This document shows, in pieces, positions 13,010-26,489 of a stretch of 64,000 nt of DNA (the stretch's first letter is position 1; each line of letters begins with the position of its first letter). The stretch lies in the NCBI GenBank assembly GCA_030324005.1, contig JARDVH010000160.1:17396117-17460116 (forward strand), written 5' to 3'. Under the pieces are notes generated by a model that worked only from the letters and a program-made list of their open reading frames with translations, ran no database searches and was not told the DNA's origin. The translations under genes were made by a program, and so were the position numbers. The DNA comes from Negaprion brevirostris (lineage: Eukaryota).

Positions 13010-13273
13010 GAAAGATTTAAAAGGGAGCCGAGGGGCAACTTCTTCATGCAGAGGGTGGTGTGTATGTGAAATGAGCCGCCAAAGTGGTTGAGGCAGATAC
13101 AAAAACAACATTTAAAAAGCATTTGGATAAGGACATAGATGGGAAAGGATTAGAGGGATATGGGCCAAACATAGACAATTGAGACTAGCTGGGAAGGCAA
13201 CATGGTTGGCATGGACCAGTTGGGCCAAAGGGCCTGTTTCCTTGCTGTGTTATTCTATGACTCTATGATTCTA
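13010..13273 (+). mobile_element. CR1 LINE 3' end
   Basis: ttcttcatgcagagggtggtg...gggccaaagggcctgtttcc followed by a (ctatga)n-like tail. Confidence 0.9.
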
Positions 13274-14418
13274 GTAACTGATTAAACATAAAATGAAAAT
13301 TGTGTAGTTTCTATAATAGAAGGCCAATCTGCATTGTTACACCCAAGTGGCATTGATAATTTACCCGATCACTCCTTGCCTAATACAAGGTGAAATTCCT
13401 CTTCCAAAGAAAAGCATGAATTCCCTGCTCCTTGTAATTAATGGCCCACTGATAATGTCATGTGAATTATGGTCTTTTAAAGTGTGAGAATTAAATGTTC
13501 CTGGGTGGTCATTAACAGTTATTAATTAGGTTTCCGTTCACCAATATTCCTAGATTGGTGAAACTTATGTGAAATTGCATGGAGTGCCTATGGAATGTTA
13601 AGTAGAAACAGAAAGGGAGGGCATGATTTTCCAGTCTTGCTATGACAGGTTTCTGATCCATTCAAATATCCATTGACTTCGGTGAGATTGGAACATCCCG
13701 CTGATCAGTGGGGCCAGAAGATCCCTCCTGGAAGTTTTAAAACAATTATTTCATGGGATGTGGGCATATTTGGAAAGGCCAACCAACACTTGTTGTCCAT
13801 CCCTAATTGTTCATGTGAAGATGGTGAGTCAAGGTCTGGTAAAATCAAAGGACTGCCTAATTGAGAGCTCCTATGTATGCTTAACCCTGATTGCTTCGGT
13901 TTATGCAAAGACTTCACTTATGCAAAGGCTTCATTTTAAGATATTTCTGCCCAAGCTAACAACTCTAAGCTTAAAGAATTGACTATACCCTAAAACTCAG
14001 AAGGCTAAAGGTTTGTTGAAAATTGACTGCATTCCCGAAGGGTACACAATTCAAGCAAACAACCGCAACTGTTTTTTCTAGACAGAGACAGACTGTGAAA
14101 AACACTTCCGATAACGAGATAAGAATTGACATATAGTTTGGAACTGTGTATTCAGTTTTCAGTTTGTTTTCAAGATCCTGTTCAAGCTTAGTTCTCAGAT
14201 TTTGCTCTTTTTAAGTACAGGTTTTTGTACAGGACCTGTCTGTGAAGCCAGTTTTGAATTTCACTCTCTTCTCGTTTCTATTACATTAATTGTTTTTTAA
14301 GTTTTGTTCAATAAAAGAAGACATTTTAAAACCCATACCATGTGCTGTCCCCTCATCTATTCGAACAAGTGAATGGACCCTACACCAATACTTTGTAAAA
14401 TGTCACATGACTTGTCGA

Positions 14419-14595
14419 ATGAAGGTTCGGTGGATTGGCCATGCTAACTTGCCCTGTAGTGTCCCAAGATGTGTAGGTTAGATGGATTAGCCATGGTAAA
14501 TGTGTGGGGTTGCAGGGATAGGATGGGGGATGCGTCTGGGTAAGATACTCTATCAGAGTTGGTGTAGGCTTGATGGGCTGTAGGGATTCTATGAT
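14419..14595 (+). mobile_element. 5'-truncated HE1-type SINE
   Basis: ggtggattggccatgctaa...gtagggattctatga, homologous to 10280 and 34621. Confidence 0.8.
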
Positions 14596-15669
14596 ATTTA
14601 CAGACCACCATCACCAAATCAATGGCTATCTCAGTGAAAAAGAAACCTCGGCTGGATGGCATTTAAAATTTTGGATAAACCCAAAGATTTTTTTGCGGGT
14701 GTAAGGTGAAATGAATGAGGAAACAATACAGCACGGAGAACAAAAGGACAAAGTAATGGCATGAGAAAGAAGAAAGGAGGTAGCAGCAAGAGATTCTGAT
14801 GAAATGTTTCTTGATAGTTGTTGCAGAGACAAATGTGAATTGAGGTCAAGGATAAGTAAATGTATTTACTATTTTTATAGATTATCTTGATGGCAAGAGT
14901 GCATAACCAGGTATTACTTTGCAGATCTCAGAGATCCATAAAAAAGGCCAGAACATTAATCATGGGGATGTCAATCACTTTGCGATTGAATGGGAAACAG
15001 AGGAAATGCTAAGGGGTAGTACTTTTTTTTAGGGGGATTTCAAACTCTGATTTCTTTCTCTGTTTAACAGCTTTTTGGGTCAGAGGCCGTTCTTTAATAA
15101 TAATAGTTATAGTATAGAAGATAGAAATAAGGGACAATCTAGGATTCAATGATCATAACACAACTTGAGCTGAAAAGTTTGTGAGGATACTAAAAATGAA
15201 TATGGCTCAGATTCTGCATTAAGCACAATGGTGAAGTGAACAGCACCCACTGTAATTATGAGGTAAATTGGACAACAATTTCCGGAGTCTATACATGCAC
15301 AGTTGAATGCAAAGATTTGGAATTTGCTGTCCGAGTTAAAATATTCCACTGTAGACTGTGCTATAACAATAACTTGCTGATAGACTTGGCATTTAAAATC
15401 AATGAAAGGGTGTGAAGTTATGATAATTATCCAAGAAAAATGCCAGAAAATGTTAGATGGTACAGCTAGGTAGTTATCAGTCATAGTTACTGCCAAACAA
15501 GTTCGTTGGCATTGAAAATTTAATTTTTAGAAGTGTGGAATCACAATCCTTCAGAATATAATTAATCTTTATCTTTGTCTCTTTTACTCCCTCTCATAAT
15601 TTTGTTCCTTCTCTTTATTTTTTGTGGACATGATTTAAATCAAATTTATTCTTCCTGGCTTAGACTCTG

Positions 15670-16152
15670 CGGGGGCGAACTTACGAAATAAAGTCCAAAT
15701 CCAGGACAAGCGTGAAAACGGGAGAGTTTCTGATCCAATTTTTGGGTGAGTGCAAATGTACTATCTTATGCACTTAGAACAAAAAAAAGCCATAAAATCC
15801 ATTTCTCGCCAGTCAGGGAGGGGGCAGGTCTTAAATCACCCCAATGCCGGTTCAGAGCAGCAGAAGGCGCCATTGCACATGCATAGGTCCCTGCCGCTCT
15901 GAGAACAGCAGAGACCTGTCACTCAGCTGCTGCCTCTCTCAGCCAGCCTCCGTGGCCTAAAGCAGGCCCCCTCCACCCACCCCCCCCCACTCCCCCTCCC
16001 CCCAAGCTACTGTGGAGGCCCATGGCCTATCATAATCCTGCTGGCCAGACCAATTGACTCCTGTTACCTTCCCCACCTGCCTGGACCGATCTCCCTGCCC
16101 TTCTCCCACTGTTCGTAACTGCAGCGTAGCAGCAGCCCTCCCCTCTCCGGCC
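15670..16152. mobile_element. GC-rich non-autonomous DNA transposon fragment, ending in a gap
   Basis: Starts ggggcgaacttac, similar to the MITE TIRs. The GC/CpG-rich body contrasts with AT-rich flanks. Confidence 0.5.
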
Positions 16153-16252
16153 NNNNNNNNNNNNNNNNNNNNNNNNNNNNNNNNNNNNNNNNNNNNNNNN
16201 NNNNNNNNNNNNNNNNNNNNNNNNNNNNNNNNNNNNNNNNNNNNNNNNNNNN

Positions 16253-16370
16253 GTCAATATCTTTTCCCAAAGGTAGGGAGTCTAAAACTAGAGGGCATAG
16301 GTTTAAGGTGAGAGGGGAGAGATACAAAATTACCAGGAGGCAATTTTTTCACACAGAGGGTAGTGAGTGT
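16253..16370 (+). mobile_element. CR1 LINE fragment
   Basis: LFPKVG-coding segment, then aaaactagagggcataggtttaaggtgagagg and ttttttcacacagagggtagtg. Confidence 0.8.
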
Positions 16371-16374
16371 TTTC

Positions 16375-17650
16375 ATTCTCTCAGTTCCCCAGACTCTGTC
16401 ATATCTGGTCCGATGATGCAAGCTTCCACAACAATGCTTCTGAGATGTCTTCCTTTTCCTTCAATCAAGGAAGTCCCCCCACATTATGGTTCTCAGAGCT
16501 CTGACCATGTTCACTAGATTTCCCAGACTTCTGCACTCATCTCTTCTCCTCCCTCCCACCACCTTAAGAATTCTTGTCCTCACCTTCCATCCCATCAGTC
16601 TTCATATTTAACAGATCATTTGCCATCATTTCACCACCATCAACATGATGCCACCACAAAATACATCTTTCCTTGCTCTTTCAGCATTCCAAAGGGACCC
16701 TTCACTCAGTGATACTCTGGTCCACTCCTCAGTCACACTCAACATCCTGTCCTCTTCGCACAGCACTGTTCCATCAGATGTAACACATTCCCATTTGCTT
16801 CCCCAAGGCTTCAAACACACCTTCCAGGTAAAGCAGTGAATTTTGTGCACTGTGTTCAATCTAGTCTACTGCATTTGCTGCAAGCACTGTGGTCTCCTCT
16901 ATTGGGGACACCCATACACAGTCTAGGTGATCAATTTGCAGACCAGCTCTGTCCTGTCTGCAAGCGCACTCCCGAGCTTCCAAAGGCCTGTTATTTTAAT
17001 TCTCCACCTTGTCCTCATGCTGACATCTCTTTCCTTGACCTACTGCACTGTTCCATTGAGACTCAATGTAAGCTTCAGGGACAGCACCTCATCTTTCAAT
17101 TAGGTGCAAAACAACCTTTTGGACTCAACAGTGAGTCAACAATTTTAGATTGTAAACTCTGTCCAACAATTTGTTTCTTTTTTTTGCTTGTTTCATTTTT
17201 TTTCTGTCTTTCAATCAACTGAACACATGCCTGAGGGACATTGTTGTTTCTTCTCTTGCCCCATTACCATTTCTGTTTGCCCTGGAGACTTTTCTATCCT
17301 TCAGTCTCTCCTGGCTTTCAACTTACAGTATGCAGACCTATCTTCTGTGTTTGCATGCCCCCCTCCCCCCCCACTTGCACCCCCCTCCCCACCCCTTGCT
17401 CAAAATCAACTGCATCCCTAACTTCTCCCAGTCATTTGAAAGATTGTAGGTCTGAAACATTAACAGGAATTTTACCATCCTGCCCGACACGGGAATCGGA
17501 GCAGGCAAGGGGTGAACAATGGGAAGATCTGTTGACCTCAGGCGGGATTTTACCCCTTCAGGATGAGGGAAGCTGTAAAATCCCAGCCATTAACTCTGCT
17601 TTTCTCTCGCAGCACAGCTGCTGCCTCACCTACTGAGGATTATTCCATTT
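16375..17650 (+). mobile_element. Decayed Penelope-like element: RT thumb, GIY-YIG endonuclease and pLTR
   Basis: Frameshifted remnants NLVYCI, CGLLYWG, LGDQFADQLCPV, CYFNSP and HLIFQLG match Penelope GIY-YIG motifs. The pLTR tail (gaaacattaac...tctgcttttctctc) lies at about 17430-17650. Confidence 0.8.
17463..17588. mobile_element. MITE nested in the Penelope pLTR
   Basis: caggaattttac...gtaaaatcccagcc, same family as 9184 and 49549. Confidence 0.75.
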
Positions 17651-18199
17651 TTAATTCAAGAAATCACTGCAGTACAACAGACAAAGTAATAGCAGCAATT
17701 TTGACTTTTATAGTGTTGATAGAGCACAATGAAAATTAAAATGAGGGCTGCGAAAATGTCTGCCAAATTGCTCATGAAGCTTTGTTCTTCAATGTGAACT
17801 TTTACCGTCCTGCAGTGTCACTTCAGGCAATCTTTGCAGAATTGATGTGAGGCCAACTGATCCATGGTAAGCAGTAAAACACTGAAGGTGTTAGAAATCT
17901 AAAATAAAACCAGGAACAGTGGAAATGTTCTGAAGGTCGGAAAAGACAGGCATGCTTTGAGTGTGCAAACTCTTTGTTGGAACAAGAAAGGCCTTTTCAA
18001 ATGGAAAGAGACAACTAGGCAGAAGAGGAAGAAAACAACACGCATAGGAAAACAAATAGAATGACCTGTGAACTGTTTGAATAAAATAAACAGGAGGAGA
18101 AACAGCAATAGTGATATTTGCAGGAGAAAACTGGGGCATATCTGACAGGAATCAAAGAAATGAAATGAGCAGAGTGTTAGTTACACTCTGTTGAGTTTC

Positions 18200-19093
18200 A
18201 GCGGGATGGGGTTGAGGGCTGTGAAATTTAACAGAGCCCTGTCCATTCATGCTTTACCATCTGAAATTTTACAAGGGCAGGTAAGGTCTAAGGCCACCCT
18301 CACTCCAACTGAGGCCCATAAGTGGCCAATTACTAACCACTTACTGCATGCTGACTTGCAATCTTGAGACCAGCAGGAGGAGGTCATAGATGGTGAAGAA
18401 CCACCCTGAAGGTTACCCTTCTTAGCTTTGGGCAAGAAAAGTGGGGCAATTTCCTCTTGGGCCCTCTTCCTCGATAGCGGCCTTGTCCCAACCCAAAGTC
18501 TGCCTTCCCCAGGTGCTCCCTCTTTCACTGGTCCTTCCAACCCTACTTCCAACCACACCCACCCCGTCCACCGACCTTCACTTCCCCATATCAATGATAG
18601 TCCCTGCTGCAGGATCCCAGTACTTATCTGGTCCTGGGTTTCCAGCATTTAGACTCATCAGTCCAGCTGCAGTCCCTGCAGTGGCCAGTCCTCCCAGGGA
18701 TGCTGCTGAAATTAAAAGCTGCCAGTAGTTGACATGTAGTTCTCTGAAGCGAAATATCCTCTTCAGTGAGGGCAGGGATCCTGTCTCCTTGTGATTGAAT
18801 CAGTGGTGGGAAAGGTCAAGGACAGCCCCTGCCCCCCTCCCCCCGCCCATGATCTCTAATGCAGAGTACGCACAGACTCTGCAAAGGGTGGCACAGGGGG
18901 TGACAGCTGCGGGTCCAGATTTAAATAATTCATTCAGCCCTGTGCAGGAAATGGGCCTGAGACAAGCTGACCTCGCTGGGTATCCACTGCTGGTAAGATC
19001 AAGAAGAGGCGATAAATCGGGTGTGAACCTGATTTCTTGGTTCTCGGGTGATCTTACCAGCTCACCCCAGCCGACGTGGTAAGATCACTCCCT
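18200..19093. mobile_element. Old GC-rich DNA-transposon-like relics
   Basis: GC-rich block ending in TIR-like ggtaagatcactccc. Similar blocks lie at about 26670-27000, 40060-40480, 42120-42500 and 52250-52800. Confidence 0.4.
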
Positions 19094-19815
19094 GCGTGTC
19101 TTAGTGAGCATTCTTCAATCTGATGGGTGGAAGAGTCTCGCTGTCACTTGCCCTGGTTATACACATTGTTGATTCAGAGGACATCATGCTGGATCTGAGG
19201 CTGGATTAGAGCAAGTCTTGTGATCAAAGGCCAATGCAAACTCTGTGGGCAGCTGTCAGTGCGAAGAACAGCGAGCAGCAATCCTTCACCACTCATTTTG
19301 AAATCTAATCCCTTGACACAAAGGGCTGACTTTAATGGCCTTGTCACGGAGAGGCTGGAACATGCGGCGAGCCATTCAGAACTCCATTGACATTGGTTGG
19401 AGTGGAAAATCCCATTTGCAGAAAAGCTCACCAAAATGTTGGACATTAAAAGGACAGAATATAGAGGACCAAAATTGAAGTTTTAAAATTGGTTAACTGG
19501 AACACAGTGATAGTTGCCATCCAAATAATTTTTCAGTTTGTGGTGTGAAATTGGGTCTTTCTATGAATGCCCAGTTGGATTGCTTATTGCGTAGAAAGTG
19601 AATGTTGAAAAGGGAAAATTAGTTGTGACTAATTTAAAACAAGTGAAAATATACTGCACCGCAATATGATTCTATGGGAATGCAAGGAATAGAAGGCATT
19701 CAAAATGTACAGTGATAACTGGCCAGTTAAAAAATATGCAAATATAGTAAGATCAATCTGTATAAATGGTGTAGTGAAGACTCACAATGAAGAGATTTGA
19801 TAAAAAGCATTAGTC

Positions 19816-20450
19816 CAAAGAACAAAGTACAATACAGCACAGGAACAGGCCTTTCAGCCCACCAAGCCTGTGCTGATACGTGGTTTCTAGCCCTCTGCCT
19901 CCCGTTCATGTGTGTATCAAGATATGCCCTGAACATTGCTAACATGCCTGCTTCCTTCACTGGCAGTACATTCCAGGTACCCACCCCACTCTGTGTGAAA
20001 AACTTTTTCTGCATGCCTCCCCTAAACTTGCCACCTCTCCCTATAAACCTGTGCCCTCTCCTTTCCACCCTGGAAAAAAGCCTTTGACTCTCCACCCCAT
20101 CTACGCCTCTCATAATTTTGTAGACCTCTATCAGGTCTCCTCTCAGCCTCCCTCTTTCCAGTGAAAATAATCCGAGTTTACCCAACCTCTCCTTATACCT
20201 AAAACCCTCCAGACCAGGCAACATCCTGGTAAACCCTTTTTGCACTCTCTCCAAAGCATCCACATCCTCTTGGTAGTATGGCAAACAGAACTGAATGCAA
20301 TATTCCAAATGAACTCTAAGCTGTAACATAACTTGCTAACTTTTATATTTGATGCCCCGGGCTGACGAAGGCTAGCATGCTTATACCTTCTTGACCACCT
20401 TATCCACCTGTGTTGCCACTTTCAGGGATCCTTGACTCTGTACGCCCAAA
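19816..20450 (-). mobile_element. CR1 LINE, 3' part of ORF2 plus tail
   Basis: ORF 19727-20329 reads HLEYCIQF..ALERVQKGFTRMLPGLEG..LFSLERGRLRGDLIEVYKIMRG. Confidence 0.95.
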
Positions 20451-20805
20451 CCCACTTAAAAAAATGTGGTGAGAAGCTGGTATCAGCAATTAAAATGTCA
20501 GTTGAGTTGCATCACGTTTTCTTTTAATTAGGAAGAGAACGAAAACTTGCCTGATTGAATCTCGGTATTAATTTTACAATTCATTGCTCCTGGTACAGTA
20601 GCCTCTTGGAACAGGTGTGCAATTCACAGTTGTGACACTGGAGCTCAGCAGAGTTCTATTTCCGGAATCAAGAAATGTGTTTCCATAATCTGAAGTCCGA
20701 CGTTAGTATCACCAAATATCTCACTGCGCAATTCTGGTCGCCCAATTCAATGAAAAATATTTCAATCCTTGAGAGGTGGACAGCTGAGTGAGAATTGATT
20801 CCCAC

Positions 20806-20944
20806 GGGGCTGGATTTTCCGGTCATATTCGCCCCAAGGCCGGAAATTCCCGCCCAAGGTCAATGGACCTTTGCATGGTCCGCAGAATTTTCTGTCCAAT
20901 CCGGTATGATTCCCGTAGTGGGCGGGACGGAAAAATTTCGCCCC
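20806..20944. mobile_element. MITE with TIRs, CpG-rich and so relatively young
   Basis: Left end ggggctggattttccggtc versus right end gacggaaaaatttcgcccc. Confidence 0.8.
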
Positions 20945-20999
20945 AAATGTCAAAAACTTTTCTTTGAACGGGCAACCTATGGTGATTTAATTTATGTTT

Positions 21000-21200
21000 A
21001 AGACCGAGTATTTGTACCAACCGACTCAAGACAGCTTCTGCCCTGCTGCCATCAGACTTTTGAATGGATCTACCTTATATTAAGTTGATTTTTCTATGAC
21101 TGCAACACTATACTCCGCATCCTCTCCTTTCCTTCTCCCCTATATACTCTATGAACAGTATGCTTTGTCTGTACAGTGCACAAGAAACAATACTTTTCAC
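21000..21200 (+). mobile_element. Rex1/Babar-type LINE 3' end
   Basis: Encodes TNRLKTASALLP.. (a frameshifted TNRLKNSFFPAAIRLLN motif). Its tail caagaaacaatacttttcac is shared with 36035-36560. Confidence 0.8.
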
Positions 21201-22289
21201 NNNNNNNNNNNNNNNNNNNNNNNNNNNNNNNNNNNNNNNNNNNNNNNNNNNNNNNNNNNNNNNNNNNNNNNNNNNNNNNNNNNNNNNNNNNNNNNNNNNN
21301 NNNNNNNNNNNNNNNNNNNNNNNNNNNNNNNNNNNNNNNNNNNNNNNNNNNNNNNNNNNNNNNNNNNNNNNNNNNNNNNNNNNNNNNNNNNNNNNNNNNN
21401 NNNNNNNNNNNNNNNNNNNNNNNNNNNNNNNNNNNNNNNNNNNNNNNNNNNNNNNNNNNNNNNNNNNNNNNNNNNNNNNNNNNNNNNNNNNNNNNNNNNN
21501 NNNNNNNNGTGAAAAAGGTAGGAGACTGTGAGCCTAGTGGTCTTTTTGTCTTTCAAACAGTTCTTTAGTCCCACACAAGGACCTCATGGCCAAGGAACGT
21601 GCATTCATAATGTGGCCAAACAGTCTTGGTATCAACCTACAAATACTTCCAACACATGCCAACGGTAGTAAGTGTGGTAAGATTCTGGAAGGAATCCTGG
21701 TCATCCATGCGATGAAAAAGAAAGTTGGAGTCTTTACCATTCCTATCCATAGCTCCAGAATACCTGCATGTTAAAATGCATGTTGCCACAGCAACTTGGA
21801 CTCCCTGAATGAAGGGTAACACCATCACCATTACTACAGTTATCTTAATTAAAGAGGATACTGAGATAATTTCTGGTAACCTAGTGCTGCCTTTTATAGT
21901 TCCCAAGTGGTTCACATTGACTCCTTATTTTGTGCAATATTTGTATACAGGTAGTCAGCATGCACTGACTATTCCAAAAGTCCATCAAAACTCAGCCCTC
22001 TCCGGTTTATTGCCACTATGGATTCTGCAGGCACATACATGCTTGCTTCTCCATGGTCCTACTTTGACCAGATGGGTACAACATACGCTGGCCTATGCAG
22101 CTGAGAATAAAATATTCGAAATGTGATAGGAGTCTGACAGGAACAGGAATGGGCCACACCAACCCTTGAGCCTCTTTTATCATTTCATTAGACCATCTCT
22201 CATCTGTCACAACTCGTGTCACTCGCTTTTATTCCATAGCCTTGATCCCCAGCAAAAAAAACTACTGATCCACATCTTGAAAATTTCGA

Positions 22290-22565
22290 TTGAATCATTC
22301 ACAGTCTTCAGCTGACCAAGTTCCACCAGCTTGCGTAAGAAACATAGTTCCTGATATCAATCTAGAATGGCCTGTAATTTTTAAGGTCACACCTTCATGT
22401 CATGGATGACCCCCAGTGGAAACAGTCCATATTTTTACCCTATTGACTCCTTTAATTATGTTAAATACCTTGATTGGATCATCCTTCAACCTTCTAAATT
22501 TAAGGAACCTCAAACCAAGTGTATGCAACCTCTCCTCATAATTTAAATCTTGAAGCCCTGACATA
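22290..22565 (-). mobile_element. Old CR1 fragment, interrupted by the SINE at 22570
   Basis: Minus-strand translation GLQDLNYEERLHTLGLRFLKFRRLKDDPIKVFNIIKGVNRV. Confidence 0.8.
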
Positions 22566-22569
22566 ATCA

Positions 22570-22914
22570 GGCAGCATGGTGGCGCAGTGGTTGGCATTGC
22601 TGCTTCACAGATTCAAAACCGGGTTCAATTCTGGCCCTGCGTGACTAACCGTGTGGAGTTTGCACATTCTTCTTCTGTCTGCATGGGTTTCCTTGGGCGC
22701 TCCAGTTTCCTCCCACAGTCCAAAGATGTGCGGGTTAGGTGGATTGGCCCTTTAGTGTCCCAAGATGTGAGATTAGATGGAATTAACCACTGTAAATGTG
22801 TGGGATTACAGTGGCAGGGGAGAGGGCCTGGGTAAGATTTCTATCAGAGACTCAATGGGTTGAATGGCCTCTTCTGCACTGTAGGGATTCTGTGATCCTT
22901 CTATGATAATTCTA
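22570..22914 (+). mobile_element. HE1-type SINE, full length
   Basis: A box ggtggcgcagtgg, B box gggttcaattc, V-domain and a CR1-like tail. Confidence 0.92.
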
Positions 22915-25901
22915 ATGACAATCTATGTTGTATCCCTACATCATTCCCTTGGTTTTTATTCTCTTGAGTTTAGAAGGTTGGCTGGAGAGGTCTAATTAAG
23001 GTAGTGGTATCCACTGCTTTTATAATATTACACTGTGTGTTTATTGCAAATGTTTCTCATTTTGGAACTCCTCCATTAATTTTAGCAAGTTGACTGCATG
23101 TTGAACAAGAAATGCCAATCACCTTGAAAAATTCTCTTCTACACTTCATTCCCTAAGTCCCACCTCAACAAATACATCCCAAAACTTTACCATGCAGCAG
23201 AATCATCCAACTAAACAACAACTATCTTAATATCCTACAGTTATTTCCTTTATACATTTTTTTCTAGGCTAATTTCTCTCTCATGTTCCTCTACTTCTCT
23301 TCAAAGTATACTTGACTTCCGAGCTGCATGCATCATTAATAAAGTATCTGTAAAAATGAACATCTCAGTATGTGAAGATTTTTTCTACAAAGAGAGAATA
23401 TCCCTATCCAACATTTGTGTGACAGATGCCACACTTATTATACATTGCTATAAATATATTTCTCAATTTCAATAACTTTTCTGAATAAACATTTTTGTCT
23501 TTAAAAATGTTTCCACATTAAGCCAAAAAAAATTAAATACAGAACAGTGAATCATTATTCAAGTCTTTTGACACTGGGGTGTACTGATTACATATTAAAT
23601 GGTATGACAGAAAGGTCGGTTTTAATTGTTCAAAGATTTCTTTGAAAAATATTGCAGCATATCATGAATGGAATGCTCATGCGATCTAGTATCCACTGAT
23701 AACTATTTTATTACGATATTTCATTCATATCGTACACATTGATGTTAAAGTGATCTCTGATGGATTCAAACAAGTGCTGTCTGTAGAGCAACAGNNNNNN
23801 NNNNNNNNNNCCACACAGATAAATCAGTGCAGGCTATTTGTTGGATATCCCATCAAAGACACTGAGTTGTGGCAGTTCTTTCGCAATTGGGCCACTCCCA
23901 TGAGCCTATCATTCAAATCTGTCCTCGCCAGATTGCAAGGGTACCAATGCAGCATCAACCATCATTTCCAAGACTGTTTAATTTTACGATGTGAGTGGGC
24001 TTTTGCACTGTCACACACAAATCGCAAGATCTGATCATAATCGATTAGCAAAAGTTATATGACTTAGTATCAAATGGTTGCAAAATAGCAATCACATTGG
24101 CCAATCATTGTTAAGCAATTTTTGTTCCAGGTGGAAATTCCTTTTCACTGAGCATCGTTTAGGGATTTTGCTAAAATTCTGCTGGAATTTAGCTTGATGC
24201 ACATTTTATTCATGCTGAAATTTGATTCACACATGAAAAGAGGCAGATTGCAGATACCTGCAGCTGTCTCTTGAGAAAAATTTAGAGGTCATTGTGCATT
24301 AACAACATTGCATATTCCTAAAGTTCATTAAAAGGGTGTTGGCGGGGGAAGGGGTGAAGAAAGTGAAATCTGGCTATTGTAATTGTATTTCATATTAATG
24401 CCTCCACCTCTCTCTCTCTCATTTCACTTTTTCCTAAGTATTTAAATATACAAACTGCTAACGCTGAATATGCTCAAGTTGCTAGTTTATTAAATGCCCT
24501 ATTTACTGTGATAATGGAAATACACACTTTTTGTTAATTTATGTCTGAATACTTGGTTAATTTTGCTTTTTGAATATCCAATCAGTTATCAAACTTGCAA
24601 TATCTAGTCAGTTTAAGGCAGTTTAATCTTGCAATACTGGATCCATTTTGATTTTGTTGTGTCCAATCATTTTCCATCAAGTATAATTCAATTGATTCTT
24701 TGACTGGACATCGAAAGTCAAATAAGACAACCACGTTATTGGACTATGGTTTTCCTACCAACAGGCAGGAGTGATTGATGATAACAATAGCCTCAAGTAC
24801 AGATTATTAGCTGAGCTAATTAAAAATTGAATGCAAATATTCAGATGGATTATTACTTTCTAATGCACAGAGATTAGTTCTCTTAGTGAACACCAGCTTT
24901 GATCTCCACACACGTCACTGGATTAGTGAAGGGATCTGCTATCCCAGTGATAGTACTCGGTTCTGTGGGTAACAACCTGCTTTATTGCCAGTACGATTGT
25001 GTGAAGATTATTTACAGAGCTTTGCAAGTACAGCAAGGGGTGAAAGGATGAAATACACCCATTGACAGTCACTGGATTCTGACAACAAACACTACCAAAT
25101 ATGAAATTAAGGAATCTGACTGACATCAGTGAGAAAGCTAATGGGTGAGTCCACCACTGAATGCCAGGAAAACCATAATAATTTTAAAAATATGATTGTC
25201 AGCCCTGCCTCAGATGGTGTAACAATCTTAACACCATTTTGAACAGGGTCATCAAATTACTACCTTCACTTGCTTACCTGTATTCAACTGAACGCTCTAC
25301 AAGGCAGGTCAAGTGTATTTCCAATACTTGGTTATGCACCTTTTAAATCTAGTTTGACATATTTATCACATTTGCAACACTTGTGGCACTGAGCAAAAGA
25401 GAAAACCACAAGATCGAGAAGTTGAAGCCACCTTGGAGTTGTGTAGCCTTTAAAATGCAAAATGCCCAATGACAATTTTGTTGATTCCATTATAATGAAT
25501 GGAGGCCAACAAAACTGGGGCTGGGGCCTATTTCAGCGGAAATAACATAAGGGGCAAAAAAAAAGGTTTCAACAAACTGCAACAAGCATGTGCCATTCAG
25601 TATTAAACTTTCATTCTAAATCTTACTGCATATAAAGTATTACTTCACTGTTTCAGATATGCTATACAAAAGCCACAAACTCAGCACCTGACATGGCACC
25701 ATCTTGCGTAGGAGAGTGAGATGGAGCATATGCACCCATAGGAAACTGTGACATCGTAAAGCAGCAAGATCTGTGGAAAGACAACTAACAACTTCACAGT
25801 TTCATTTACATGTCATCACTGAGCGATCTGTCACACCAACGTTACAAAATCACCTTGGAGGCAACATGACACCACCGATGGGCAGATAATCATTCCCCAC
25901 A

Positions 25902-25929
25902 TGTGGTGTGTGTATGTGTGTGTGTGTGT
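25902..25929. repeat. Imperfect (TG)n microsatellite
   Basis: tgtggtgtgtgtatgtgtgtgtgtgtgt. Confidence 0.8.
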
Positions 25930-26262
25930 CATTATATTGGTGGCGTAAAATTATTACAAACTACATGTTTCTTCACATCATTTTTTTTCAAGCACTTAAA
26001 CTAAGTAGGCTGGCGAAACAAAACACTGCCACCCTTTAAGTAGACCTTTCAAAGGGGTATATACGAATACGGTGTTGATACTTTTAATTGTGGGGTAGGT
26101 AGTTAAGAAAATAGCGCTGCAGCACTGCTGTTTGCACAACTGAGACCACAAGGCTAACTTCTACCACAGAGTCTGTGCTCAATTTCTTTTGAGCAGAGAA
26201 ACACATTCTGTACACAGATTTACAAATATTGTCAAGTATTTTGTTAAAACTAATCACTATTA

Positions 26263-26489
26263 CTAGAGCCGTGTTGCCTGCCCATGGTATTCTTCGTGAT
26301 CCACCTGATCCAGAATAGCCATTTCGTCCTCAGGCTGGTGTCTGTACTTGTGAAACTCTTCTTTCATGGCAGAAAAATAAGCGTAAGGGTCCTGACGGGA
26401 GTGTCTCTTCTTCTTTTGGAGGTAGAGAATGCCTTGGGGCTGGAGAACCTGAGATTCACTGGGCTGCTGGACCTGTGAGATTGGAAAAC
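26263..26489 (-). CDS. Last coding exon of an unidentified minus-strand gene; ends in PDZ-ligand-like QATRL*
   Basis: Acceptor ctccttttacttttgcattag|GT. A phase-1 frame is open for 74 codons (FPISQVQQPSESQVLQPQGILYLQKKKRHSRQDPYAYFSAMKEEFHKYRHQPEDEMAILDQVDHEEYHGQATRL*). GC and CpG are higher than the flanks, and the phase matches the exon at 39299-39420. Confidence 0.8.

Noticed and set aside
25278-25296. 19-nt minus-strand segment between cttgtag and gtaagc
   Set aside because: It lies downstream of the stop codon, has no partner sites and is not frame-preserving, so it is probably chance.
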